From assembly GCA_963676795.2 (NCBI GenBank), contig CAXXTB010000001.1, positions 960,001-1,024,000 of the forward strand: DNA of 64,000 nucleotides, given 5' to 3'. Below, in pieces: positions 54,388-63,529 of this stretch; the stretch's first letter is position 1, and every line of letters begins with the position of its first letter. The notes under the pieces were generated by a model. It did not search any database. It saw only the letters and a program-made list of their open reading frames with translations, and was not told the DNA's origin. The position numbers were made by a program, and so were the translations under genes. The stretch is from Geopsychrobacteraceae bacterium (GTDB lineage: Bacteria > Desulfobacterota > Desulfuromonadia > Desulfuromonadales > Geopsychrobacteraceae).

Positions 54388-55287
54388 CTACAATGTTCCT
54401 CGCAGTTTCGGATCGAGCGCATCGCGCAGGCCGTCGCCCACCATATTGGCGGCAAAGACAACCAGCATGATCGCGACACCTGGAGCCATCGACAGTATCG
54501 GGGCGATCATCAGGTTCTGATACCCTTCACTGACCATCGAACCCCAGGCCGGATCCGGTGGCTTGATGCCGATGCCGAGAAAACTCAGACTTGCTTCGGC
54601 AAGAACGGCCCTGCCGACCTGCATGGTCAGCAGGACGATCAGGGGCGGAAAACAGTTCGGCAGGATGTGGGACAGCATGATACGCAGATTGCTTGCACCG
54701 CCAACCTCGGCGGCGACAATGTAGTCCTTCTTCAACACAGACAGGACCTGGCCACACATCATCCTGGCGTAAGGGGGGATCATGGCGATCCCCAGAGCGA
54801 TAATGACATTCTTGATGCCGCCGCCGAGAACCGCAGCGATGGTAACGGCCAGCAGGATCGGCGGGACCGTCATGATGGTGTCCATTGCCCGCATGATGAT
54901 GACGTTGATGACCTTGCCGTAGAATCCGGCAATCAGGCCTAAGGTCATGCCGATGATCGCGGCAATATTGACGGCGACGACACTGACGATAATCGTCACT
55001 CTCGACCCGTAGATGAGCCGGCTAAGGGTGTCTCTGCCCAGCTGGTCCGTGCCTAAAAGATGGGCTTTGCTGGGGCTTTCGAGGGTATTCATCAGGGCTG
55101 GCGCATTTGGATCATAGGGGGCTATCCAGGGGGCAAAAATGGCCATCAGTGTCAGCAGGACGATGATAATAATGCCGAATATGACGATCTTCCGTCCCAT
55201 GAAAACTCTGAGGAGTCTTCTGGTGCTGCTGATGCGTGGCGGGGCTTCTGCAAATTTTTGTATCGTCATTGTGTTTTCCAGTGCCAT
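54388..55287 (-). CDS. ABC permease, DppC/OppC-like
   Basis: HLLGTDQLGRD, HILPN, EASLSFLG, GDGLRDALDP. Confidence 0.93.
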   Translation of the reverse strand: MALENTMTIQKFAEAPPRISSTRRLLRVFMGRKIVIFGIIIIVLLTLMAIFAPWIAPYDPNAPALMNTLESPSKAHLLGTDQLGRDTLSRLIYGSRVTIIVSVVAVNIAAIIGMTLGLIAGFYGKVINVIIMRAMDTIMTVPPILLAVTIAAVLGGGIKNVIIALGIAMIPPYARMMCGQVLSVLKKDYIVAAEVGGASNLRIMLSHILPNCFPPLIVLLTMQVGRAVLAEASLSFLGIGIKPPDPAWGSMVSEGYQNLMIAPILSMAPGVAIMLVVFAANMVGDGLRDALDPKLRGTL

Positions 55288-55332
55288 GATTTCCAATCTC
55301 CTTCAGCGTCTCTTATCTACGGACGACAGCTA

Positions 55333-56289
55333 TTAATCCTGACGGATCCGCGGATCGATATAACCGTAAGAAAGATCAACAAGTAAGCTGCTGAGTACGA
55401 CAACGATGGCCATAAACAGAACGACACTTTGGACTATTGCGTAATCGGAGCTGAACAGGGCATCGACGGATAATTTGCCGATGCCGTAGATGTTGAAGAC
55501 GGTTTCGATGAGGACCTGGCCGCCGAAGATCTGGCGGATATTCATGCCGATCAGGGTGATGACCGGAATAAGGGCGTTGCGCAGGGCATGTCTGATGATG
55601 ATCTGGCGTTCGTTCAGGCCCCTTGACCAGGCTGTCCGGATATAGTCCTGACGGATGACTTCGAGCATCGCGGAGCGGGTCTGGCGGGCGACTGCCGACA
55701 TGGGATAGACGGTCAGGCAGATGACCGGCAGGATCATGTGGGAAATGCCGCCCCAGAGATCTTCGGAAGGGGACACCCAGCCCTGGATCGGCAGCCAGCT
55801 GAGGTAATAGCCAAAGATCAGAATCAGGATGATCCCAACCCAGAAGGTCGGGGCTGTGATGCCGACATTGGCGATCAGGGTCGAGATGAGATCTGCCGTT
55901 TTGCCCCGTCTGACGGCCGAAACAATGCCTAACGGAATCCCGAGGATGATGGAGAGGACAAAGGCACAACCGCCCAGATACATGGTTCTTGGCAGCGCCC
56001 GGGCGATTTCGTCGTTGACTGAATCATTGCTGATGACCGAACGCCCCAGATCGCCATGGGCGAGGTCCTTGATCCAGTTGACGTACTGGATCGGTATCGG
56101 TTTGTCGATGCCGAACTTGTGCCTGATTTCGGCAATCTGTTCGGGTGTGGCGGTGTCTATCTCATTCTGGCTGACATAGACGAGGGCCGGATCTCCCGGG
56201 AGGAAACGCATAATCAGAAAAACCATGACGGTTGTTAAGAAAACCATAACAACGGCTTCGATTAACCTGCGAGCAATAAGAGTCTTCAT
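55333..56289 (-). CDS. ABC permease, DppB/OppB-like
   Basis: PGDPA, GDLGRS, DYIRTA, HALRNA, ETVF, DPRIR. Confidence 0.93.
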   Translation of the reverse strand: MKTLIARRLIEAVVMVFLTTVMVFLIMRFLPGDPALVYVSQNEIDTATPEQIAEIRHKFGIDKPIPIQYVNWIKDLAHGDLGRSVISNDSVNDEIARALPRTMYLGGCAFVLSIILGIPLGIVSAVRRGKTADLISTLIANVGITAPTFWVGIILILIFGYYLSWLPIQGWVSPSEDLWGGISHMILPVICLTVYPMSAVARQTRSAMLEVIRQDYIRTAWSRGLNERQIIIRHALRNALIPVITLIGMNIRQIFGGQVLIETVFNIYGIGKLSVDALFSSDYAIVQSVVLFMAIVVVLSSLLVDLSYGYIDPRIRQD

Positions 56290-56471
56290 ATGCACTCCGC
56301 CTGTTGTGGATCAATGTGAAGGTCGTGGTTCCTGTCTTTTTTCGTCCTGGCTCAATGTCTTCTGATCATGGTTCGTTACTGATGTTTGAATGAAACCAAT
56401 GCTGCGGACCTGTGTCTGCTAATGGGTGCAGGGGCTTCTGGTGAATACGGTTAATCGGGAAAATCGCTTGC

Positions 56472-56513
56472 GGACTCAAGACGCACAGGGCTGACTCTGT
56501 GCGTCTTGAGTCC
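56472..56513. terminator. Hairpin downstream of the amidohydrolase
   Basis: ggactcaagacgcacag...ctgtgcgtcttgagtcc. Confidence 0.55.
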
Positions 56514-56520
56514 ACTTCAG

Positions 56521-57375
56521 CTATTCAGCCAGAACCGGATAGAGAGACAGTGCCGTACGGGCAAAGATCCATTCCTGGTCTTCCTGCGAAAGTGACGACA
56601 GCGCTGTTTTGGCCAGCGCGACCATCTCTTTCAGGCTCCCCTTGCCGGACGGATAGTTTGAACCCCAGGCGATGCGCGATGCGCTGAATTTACTCACCAG
56701 TTTGGGGAAAAAATCATCAGCGATGCTGTCCACCTCAAGAGCCGCACGGACATTGTTGGTGGTCATCTTGAGGTAGACGTTATCGTATTGAGCCATTTCG
56801 AACAGAAATTCGGAGTTTGTGTAGGGAGGACCCTCTGCGATGGGCGGTTCAACCATATGGTCAACGATGATCCGCACCTGTGGGAACTGTCTGATCAGGG
56901 TCATCAGATCGGGCAGGCCGTCCTTACGGGTTGAGACGCAGACAGGAATGCCCAGTTCTGCGGCACATTCCCAGCCGGGGAAGGTGGCTGGATCGGCCAG
57001 CCCGGTCAGCTGCTTGTTGGTGGTTCCGCCTTTATAGACCCGTAGCCCGCTCAGGTTTCTTTCCCGGGCCCAGTAGCGGATCGTCTCTGGAGCATCGTCA
57101 GCAGACATGTCAACGGAGAAGATCCCGGTGACTCTGCCGGGCTTTTGGGCGACACAGTCGGCCACGTAAGAGTTGTCAAAACCGTAGGTTGTGGAGGAAT
57201 GGACGATGGCAGCCTTGTCGACCCCGGCTTCGTCCATGGCCGTGATCATTTCGTCGAAATCGACGGCGCGTTTTTTGGACCATTCCGAGCGGTTTCCCGC
57301 CAGAGGGGCGATCGGATAACGTTCTTCATCGGTAGAAACAATGTGGGGGTGGATATCGACAATTTTAGGCTGCAT
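56521..57375 (-). CDS. Amidohydrolase_2 family protein (LigI/lactonase-like)
   Basis: DIHPH, YGFDNSY, GLR, DHM, WGSNYP; AAGGAG RBS. Confidence 0.88.
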   Translation of the reverse strand: MQPKIVDIHPHIVSTDEERYPIAPLAGNRSEWSKKRAVDFDEMITAMDEAGVDKAAIVHSSTTYGFDNSYVADCVAQKPGRVTGIFSVDMSADDAPETIRYWARERNLSGLRVYKGGTTNKQLTGLADPATFPGWECAAELGIPVCVSTRKDGLPDLMTLIRQFPQVRIIVDHMVEPPIAEGPPYTNSEFLFEMAQYDNVYLKMTTNNVRAALEVDSIADDFFPKLVSKFSASRIAWGSNYPSGKGSLKEMVALAKTALSSLSQEDQEWIFARTALSLYPVLAE

Positions 57376-57513
57376 CTTGATAGACTCCTTTGTGCTGGTG
57401 GTCAGAGTGAACAACGATGTATGACAGCCGGACAGTCAGTAAGTATGCGGCTTTGCATATCAGATACTTGACAAAATCTATTTCAATCCTTCTCGTTCTT
57501 TTGTTTATAGCGA

Positions 57514-57580
57514 TACTTAAACATCCGATATGTTATAAGTCAAATGAATGATTTTCATGCAAAATATTTGATTTTGTAAT
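57514..57580 (-). promoter_or_regulatory. Shared operator/promoter, copy 4 (amidohydrolase-ABC operon)
   Basis: Minus strand: atgaaaatcattcat-TTGACT; 57539-57580 is 36/42 identical to 43269-43310; -10 element weak. Confidence 0.7.
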
Positions 57581-57672
57581 GATTGCTCTCTTGAGAGCAG
57601 AATATCGTTGACGGTTTGGGGATTGGTGTTTCACTGAAACAAGGAGGGAGCACAGTTAGCCGGGGCTCCTGG

Positions 57673-58566
57673 TCACCTGTCGCAACAGGTGATTTGGGGC
57701 GCTGTTTTCAAGTATGTGGCAAGAGCGGGAGGGGAGAGCTCTGGGGATTTGCCGGCGCAATTGTCAAGCAGGTAACCCGTATAGCCAAGCCCTAAACCAA
57801 GCAGATCGGCAACCCCTCCCATAGTCAGGTTCTTCTGACGGAATTCATCATCCAGCCGGCGCAGCAACGGGGCAGGGTCCTCGCCGGATAAGATGCAGTT
57901 CTCCAGGTGGTACCCGGAAGAGCGCAGCTGCGACAAGCCTGCACCTCCGCCGCGAAAGAGTGTCGTTGAATCCTCAACGTATTGCATCAGCCTGGCCATA
58001 ACCAGAAACGGGCTGTGACAGCCATTGATCCCATGCTCCTTGAATGTTGGCAGAACAATTTCGAACAGTGCCGGCAGGCCGTCGAGACATTCGGCGATGA
58101 TGCCGGCCTGCGGATATCTCCTGCGCACGGCCTGGCCGTGACTGAGGCTTGGCTGCGGTTGTTCAAAAAGCGCCTCAGCCGTACTGATCACAGCAGTTCT
58201 GAGGTTTTCCGGTGAGCAGTCCGGGGCCTGCCGGGCAGCCGCCAGCAGCAAGCCGCAGAGGAAGATGCCCCCCCTGTGGCAATTGGTCTTCAGCTGGCGA
58301 TACATCCGTTTTTCTGCTTCAAGCCCGATGGCTCTGAGTTCGCTGATTACGACCTTTTTCTCAAGGGACTGCAACAGCTGATCAAGGTAGTCTTCCATCA
58401 GCCGGATGGAGCGGATCATCAGTTCCAGTGACAGATCCTTGTGCGAGCCACTGTTGCGCAAATCGACCAGGCCTGGCTTGGGGGTCAGGTAGAGTTCGGC
58501 GCGCAGTCCGTCAAGCAGGTAGGCGGACAGCCGTTTCAGTTCTGAAGGATGAGAGAAGTTGTTCAC
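57673..58566 (-). CDS. citG: Triphosphoribosyl-dephospho-CoA synthase
   Basis: ELYLTPKPGLVD..NSGSHKD, GLEAE..M, NCHRGGIF, GGVADLL. Confidence 0.92.
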   Translation of the reverse strand: MNNFSHPSELKRLSAYLLDGLRAELYLTPKPGLVDLRNSGSHKDLSLELMIRSIRLMEDYLDQLLQSLEKKVVISELRAIGLEAEKRMYRQLKTNCHRGGIFLCGLLLAAARQAPDCSPENLRTAVISTAEALFEQPQPSLSHGQAVRRRYPQAGIIAECLDGLPALFEIVLPTFKEHGINGCHSPFLVMARLMQYVEDSTTLFRGGGAGLSQLRSSGYHLENCILSGEDPAPLLRRLDDEFRQKNLTMGGVADLLGLGLGYTGYLLDNCAGKSPELSPPALATYLKTAPQITCCDR

Positions 58567-59041
58567 AGCGTCCTTTCAGTTGCGCAAAATTATGCTTGCC
58601 TGCCCGCATGCATTCTTTCGCCGGGCTGGCGCAGATCAGACAGCGGCGTTGCGCAAGACCCAGTGTCTGGCGATCACAGGCGAGGCCATGCTGATTGAAA
58701 ACATCGATATCAATTAACCGGGCAAAATCGTACTGTTCTTCAAGTACACAGGCGATGCGTTTGACCTGCTCCGCTTCGCATGTAGATTGATAGATCATCC
58801 AGGGACCTAAGGCATCCACGTCAAAATATTCCAGTGCCAGTTGAGGGACCCTGGTTTCCAGCTGTCTGGCCGCCCAGAACAGTAATTCGCTACTGCCGGC
58901 CGGCCGTTTGTCCGCCCCCGGAATATTCAGTGCCAGTTGGATCACCGCCCCTTGCATCAGGCTTGAACTCAGGCTGGTCAGCGCTTCATGGCGCTGATCG
59001 CGGGCCAGGAGAATGTCACTCTTTAACTTTTCGTACGGCAT
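58511..59041 (-). CDS. citX: Apo-citrate lyase phosphoribosyl-dephospho-CoA transferase
   Basis: ILLARDQR, NIPGADK, RLIDIDV, RRCLIC..PAKECMR. Confidence 0.92.
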   Translation of the reverse strand: MPYEKLKSDILLARDQRHEALTSLSSSLMQGAVIQLALNIPGADKRPAGSSELLFWAARQLETRVPQLALEYFDVDALGPWMIYQSTCEAEQVKRIACVLEEQYDFARLIDIDVFNQHGLACDRQTLGLAQRRCLICASPAKECMRAGKHNFAQLKGRCEQLLSSFRTETAVRLPA

Positions 59042-60554
59042 CGATGATTGTTCCGTCGCGGTATTCGATCAGCGCGACAACCTCGTCGCTGAATTCAAGC
59101 GGTTTCGGCTGGCCGCTGATGGCGCAGGCTTCTTTGTGCAGGTCATGAATGTCCTTGACCGGAATCCGTCTTTTAAGCAGTTCCTTCTTCAGTTCCTGCT
59201 GGTGTTCGTTCACGGCAATGCCGCGTTCGGTGACGATGACATCGATGGTTCTGCCCGGTGTCGTGATTGTTGTTACCTCGTCCTTGATGATCGGCAGGCG
59301 ACCGCGCAGCAGCGGGGCGGTGATCACCGAGAGTTTGGCACCAGCGGCGGCGTCACTGTGACCGCCGGTGTTATGCAGCAGGTAGCCGTTTGACTCGGTA
59401 TTGACGTTGACGTTGAAATTGACATCAACCTCTGTCGCTCCGAGGATGACGCAGTCGAGCAGGTTGACCATGGCCCCGGCATTGAACGGGTTGGCATAGG
59501 TGTCGGCGCTCATCTCCTGGTGATTGAGGTTTCTGCCGATCGATTCGACGGCGCTCAGGTCGAAGCACTGGACATCGAAAAGAGAACGGAACAGCCCTTC
59601 TTCAAGCATGTCGACAAAATAGCCGGTGATCCCGCCGCAGCCGAAGCTGCCCTTGATCTGGCCGGCTTTCATCATCCTGCGGACCTGCTCGGCAACCGCC
59701 AGCGAGATGCCGCCCGCGCCGGTCTGAAAGGAAAATCCATCCTCCAGCAGCCCCGACGCCTCGATCACCTGGCCGGCGTATTTGGCAATCTGCAGGCCGA
59801 CCGGATCGCGGGTCACCCGGGTGGTCGTCGAGACGATCTTTTTCGGGTCGCCCAGGCAGTCGACGACGACGACATGATCGACCAACGACTGCGGAATCGA
59901 GACCGGGGTGATCGGTGCCGGGCAGAGGTTGTCGGTTACGGCAATGACGTGCCTTGCGTATTGGGCATCGGTATGGGCATAGCCGAGGCTGCCGCAGGCG
60001 GATGGTCCGAAGTAACCGTTCATGTTGCCGTAGGCATCACAACAGGGGGCGGCAATGAAGGCGGCATCGACGGTCACTTCGCCGGTGATGATCGAACGCG
60101 CCCGGCCGCCGTGGGTGCGGACGATGATCGGACTGTTCAGCTCGCCCTTGGAGACCATCTCGCCGATCAAGCCGTTGACACCGCATTCGAAGCCGGCAAT
60201 CACCCCTTTTTCGATATAGGGGATGATCTCGGCATGCACCGGGTGAACCGAGCTTGAGGCGATCCAGATTCCTTTGAGGCCGGCGGCATCGAGCTCCCTG
60301 ACGACTTGGTTGAGCAGTGCATCGCCATTGCGAAGATGATGGTGCGTGGCGATGCACATGCCGTCCTTGAGTCCGGCTGCTTCGATCGCTTCACGCAGGC
60401 TGCCGAGCAGCTTGTTGGCGCCGGGGTTGTGGCGCCGCAGCGGACGGGTGGCCAGATTCCCCTGCGGCCGGTAACTGAAGGGGTCCTGGTAAGGGATCAC
60501 CTGGCGACCGGCAAAGCTGTCCGGCAGCAGTCGGCCGAGGCTATTTGTGACCAT
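59016..60554 (-). CDS. citF: Citrate lyase alpha subunit (citrate:ACP transferase)
   Basis: GLKDGM...HHHLRNGD, RTHGGR, FQTGAGG, LGATEVD, GGHSD, EYRDGT. Confidence 0.96.
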   Translation of the reverse strand: MVTNSLGRLLPDSFAGRQVIPYQDPFSYRPQGNLATRPLRRHNPGANKLLGSLREAIEAAGLKDGMCIATHHHLRNGDALLNQVVRELDAAGLKGIWIASSSVHPVHAEIIPYIEKGVIAGFECGVNGLIGEMVSKGELNSPIIVRTHGGRARSIITGEVTVDAAFIAAPCCDAYGNMNGYFGPSACGSLGYAHTDAQYARHVIAVTDNLCPAPITPVSIPQSLVDHVVVVDCLGDPKKIVSTTTRVTRDPVGLQIAKYAGQVIEASGLLEDGFSFQTGAGGISLAVAEQVRRMMKAGQIKGSFGCGGITGYFVDMLEEGLFRSLFDVQCFDLSAVESIGRNLNHQEMSADTYANPFNAGAMVNLLDCVILGATEVDVNFNVNVNTESNGYLLHNTGGHSDAAAGAKLSVITAPLLRGRLPIIKDEVTTITTPGRTIDVIVTERGIAVNEHQQELKKELLKRRIPVKDIHDLHKEACAISGQPKPLEFSDEVVALIEYRDGTIIDAVRKVKE

Positions 60555-61461
60555 AAATCACCTCATCATCCAGTTCGATATCGATCAGGCCGTGCGCCTG
60601 AGCGGTCTTGAGGGTTTTCAGCGAACGTTTGACGATCGGGGCGTCGATCATTTTGCCGCCGAGTGAGATAACCCCGGTCCCCATCTCCCGGGCACGTTTG
60701 ATCGCGTCGATGACCTGCAGGGCATAATCGATTTCGGCCTGTTTCGGGACGAAGACCTCATGGACGACGTCGATCTGGCGCGGGTTGACCAGCGACTTGC
60801 CGGAGAAGCCGAGCGACTTGACCAGTTCGGTTTCGCGGCGCAGGGCCTCCATGTCATCGACATCCGGGAAGATGGTGTCGATGGCCTGAATACCGGCCGC
60901 TTTGCAGGCCCAGACGACCCGGGTCCGGGCGGCAAACAGCTCTTCCCCTCCCTTGGTCCGTTCGATCTCAAGGCTGGCGGTGTAATCCTCGGCGCCAAAG
61001 GCGAGCCCGATCAGACGCGAGGAACTTTTCGCCGTTTTGATGCAGTTGATGACCCCTTCGGCGGTTTCGATCGACGGCAGGATCTTGAAGTGGCCGATTT
61101 CGAGCCCCAGCGCTTCTTCATACTCGGTCAGCAGGGTATCGAGCTGTTCGACAACCTCCGGCATGTCGGCTTCAGGCAGACGGATGCCGTCGGGCAGGGC
61201 CGGCAGCACCATGTCGAGATCATGACGCCACCACTGGGTTTTGAGGCTGTTGATGCGGACAAACAGCTCCTTGTTGTGGTTGCGGTAGTTGTCGAGAAAT
61301 TTGCGTACCAGAATCCGAGCTGCGTCCTTTTCGCTGTAGGGGACAGCATCCTCAAGGTCGATCATGACGCAGTCACTTTGAAAGATCGGCACGTTCTGCA
61401 GCATCGACGGCATATTCCCGGGAACGTATAACAGGGATCGACGTAATTGAAATTCGCTCAT
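60541..61461 (-). CDS. citE: Citrate lyase beta subunit (citryl-ACP lyase)
   Basis: RRSLLYVPG, DLEDAV..EKD.AR, IET, FGAEDY, GKSLVNPRQ, GKMIDAP. Confidence 0.96.
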   Translation of the reverse strand: MSEFQLRRSLLYVPGNMPSMLQNVPIFQSDCVMIDLEDAVPYSEKDAARILVRKFLDNYRNHNKELFVRINSLKTQWWRHDLDMVLPALPDGIRLPEADMPEVVEQLDTLLTEYEEALGLEIGHFKILPSIETAEGVINCIKTAKSSSRLIGLAFGAEDYTASLEIERTKGGEELFAARTRVVWACKAAGIQAIDTIFPDVDDMEALRRETELVKSLGFSGKSLVNPRQIDVVHEVFVPKQAEIDYALQVIDAIKRAREMGTGVISLGGKMIDAPIVKRSLKTLKTAQAHGLIDIELDDEVIYGHK

Positions 61462-61934
61462 GGCTCATCCTGATTGAAGAAGATCGTCTGGATTCCGGAG
61501 ACCTTCGAAGCATGGCGCTCGATGCCCTGGACGAGCATTTCGGTCAGCAGGATCTCGCAGCTGGCAAATACTTCAGCGTCGAACAGATGACCGCCGAGGA
61601 CTTCCCCGGAGCTTTTGGCGAGCAGGATATGGACATGACAATCGACTTCTCCGCTGTCTGCGAGAATCAGGTTACCCTCAAGTCCGAGCAGCTCAAGAGG
61701 ACCCTCGATCAGGTGCTGACGCATGCGCGGTTCGGTAATCGGCCGCTTGGCGCCCGATTTGATGCCGCGGAAATGGGCGTTGGTCACCGAGCCGACTGCC
61801 GAGACGATGACCCCGTTCTGGATTCCTTCCTCGCTGATCAGCAGGCGCAGCCGTTCGACGATTTTCTCTCCGGGTGCGATCTTGATGATAAAACGTCGCC
61901 CCTGATTCCATTCTTTGCACCAGGCTCCACGCAT
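61458..61934 (-). CDS. PPC domain (DUF296) protein
   Basis: PGE, SAVGS, ELLGLEGN, HVHI, GGHL; ATGA overlap with citE. Confidence 0.88.
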   Translation of the reverse strand: MRGAWCKEWNQGRRFIIKIAPGEKIVERLRLLISEEGIQNGVIVSAVGSVTNAHFRGIKSGAKRPITEPRMRQHLIEGPLELLGLEGNLILADSGEVDCHVHILLAKSSGEVLGGHLFDAEVFASCEILLTEMLVQGIERHASKVSGIQTIFFNQDEP

Positions 61935-61952
61935 GCTTGCCTCTCCTCGTTA

Positions 61953-61981
61953 GTTGCTATCCGGAGTTTCCGGATGGTAAC
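61953..61981. repeat. 29-bp palindromic repeat, copy 2
   Basis: gttgctatccggagtttccggatggtaac; 26/29 identical to 6660-6688. Confidence 0.6.
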
Positions 61982-61988
61982 GATGATG

Positions 61989-62127
61989 TCTCTGATTTGG
62001 AAACGAGCAATTTTTCGTTGTAGTAAGAAAATCGGGCATTTTAGCGGAGGCGTAGTACTTTACGCCGCACAAACAAATGCGCAGATTGACGCAGCTACAG
62101 CGGGAAAAGGCCGTTTCCAGACAGAGA
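61989..62127. repeat. MITE/REP-like element with imperfect terminal inverted repeats
   Basis: Left end tctctgatttggaaacgagcaatttttcgttgtag vs reverse complement of right end tctctgtctggaaacggccttttcccgctgtag; central ggcgtagtactttacgcc hairpin. Confidence 0.6.
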
Positions 62128-62388
62128 CTACTCGCAGGCTCTTTTCAGGCCCGTTTCCAACCGTGCATCAATGGCGTAATCAAGAGCGCCGCGGTCGCTG
62201 ATACGGATATGCCCCTGCTCGATCTCGAAATTGCCGAGAATCTCTTTGATCCGTCCGAGAATCAGATGCTCGAATTGTTTTTTGACCGTCGACTCGATTT
62301 CAATCTGAAGATCTTCGGCCGGTTCGAGAAAGACCATCAGATCACTCGACTGCATTGTTCCTGCCTGTACTTTGCGGACGATCTTCAT
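62128..62388 (-). CDS. citD: Citrate lyase acyl carrier protein (gamma subunit)
   Basis: AGTMQSSD (prosthetic-group Ser), IESTV.KQF, DRGALD..I.ARL; TGATG overlap with citC. Confidence 0.93.
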   Translation of the reverse strand: MKIVRKVQAGTMQSSDLMVFLEPAEDLQIEIESTVKKQFEHLILGRIKEILGNFEIEQGHIRISDRGALDYAIDARLETGLKRACE

Positions 62389-63398
62389 CAATGTCTCCCC
62401 TGGCATTTGTCGCTGTTCAATAGCCCACCGGGCGGGTGCGAACGCAGGTATCTCAAGGTAGTGTCCGGAACCAGCTGGGGGAGGGCGGCAAAATTTCCCG
62501 TAGTGAGGGCTTCGCGCACCCTTGAGGCGCTTATCGCTTCGTTTGCGGCCTGCTTGCGTTCGAGTTGAACCGTTTCCACGGCGTAGTTTTTCAGGACCCG
62601 GGTCATGATTTCGCTGTAGCGCCGGGTTGTCGGACAGAAGGGTTCGGTGCCTATAAAGCGTTTGCTGATATTGAAGAACGGTGCGATATGGCGGCCAAAC
62701 AGCATCAGGTCGATTTCCATCTGCAGGGTTTGCAGGTCGTCATCCTGTTTGAGGAAATAGCCCGGGAAGGTGACCTGGCTGATGGCATAATCGGAGGTGT
62801 CGAGGACGCTGACGTTGCAAAGGTCTCGGACTCCTTCGCGAACCAGATGCTGACGAACCGTAAAGGGGAAACTGGAACGATCTTCCCTGACGATAAAGAC
62901 ATAGAGATGGTCGACCTGGCGGGCGGCCTCTTCGATCAGGTAGCGGTGGCCGAGGGTGAACGGATTACAGTTGACCACGACCGCTCCGTTGTCGCCCGCT
63001 TTGACCTGCTCCCGGTGGGCGTTCAGATAATGCTGCAGGCCATGACCGTACTCGAGCAGGCAGAGCTTCTGGTGATTGACCAGTGGGGTAAAATGAAACT
63101 GGCGAAACGACAAGCTGCATTCAGGTTTGGTGAAGACGAAAAAGTTCTTGATTCCGGCCTCGCTGCAGCTGTTGATCAGCTCGGTGATCAGTTCGCCAAG
63201 CAGGTCACCTCCCTGATGCTGCTCACTGATGCAGAACATTTTGAAGATATTGCCCTGACGGGCCGCAGTGGCGATGATTTCGCCCTTGTCGAACACTCCC
63301 AGGAGAACGTCAAAGTCTTCTTCGTAGGAAAGCCCCTGGGCTTCGATGAGCGTCTTCGCTTTCACCTGATCCTGGCTGGTTACCAACCTTACAACCAT
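62388..63398 (-). CDS. citC: [Citrate (pro-3S)-lyase] ligase
   Basis: N-terminal GNAT-like domain, NCNPFTLGHRYL, YAIS..TFP.YF, RFIGTEP, ISASRVR. Confidence 0.95.
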   Translation of the reverse strand: MVVRLVTSQDQVKAKTLIEAQGLSYEEDFDVLLGVFDKGEIIATAARQGNIFKMFCISEQHQGGDLLGELITELINSCSEAGIKNFFVFTKPECSLSFRQFHFTPLVNHQKLCLLEYGHGLQHYLNAHREQVKAGDNGAVVVNCNPFTLGHRYLIEEAARQVDHLYVFIVREDRSSFPFTVRQHLVREGVRDLCNVSVLDTSDYAISQVTFPGYFLKQDDDLQTLQMEIDLMLFGRHIAPFFNISKRFIGTEPFCPTTRRYSEIMTRVLKNYAVETVQLERKQAANEAISASRVREALTTGNFAALPQLVPDTTLRYLRSHPPGGLLNSDKCQGRH

Positions 63399-63477
63399 AA
63401 TGCCTCTTTACTTGTCTTCCCCAACTGTCTGGAGATACCGGAGCGGCAGATGCCGCTATCACCAAGCTAAAGGGATC

Positions 63478-63529
63478 TGAAAATATTCAGCCCAACGTCT
63501 CTTTGATAGCGTTGGGCTGAATATTTTCA
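63478..63529. terminator. Perfect 20-bp inverted repeat upstream of citC
   Basis: tgaaaatattcagcccaacg-(12 nt)-cgttgggctgaatattttca. Confidence 0.65.
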
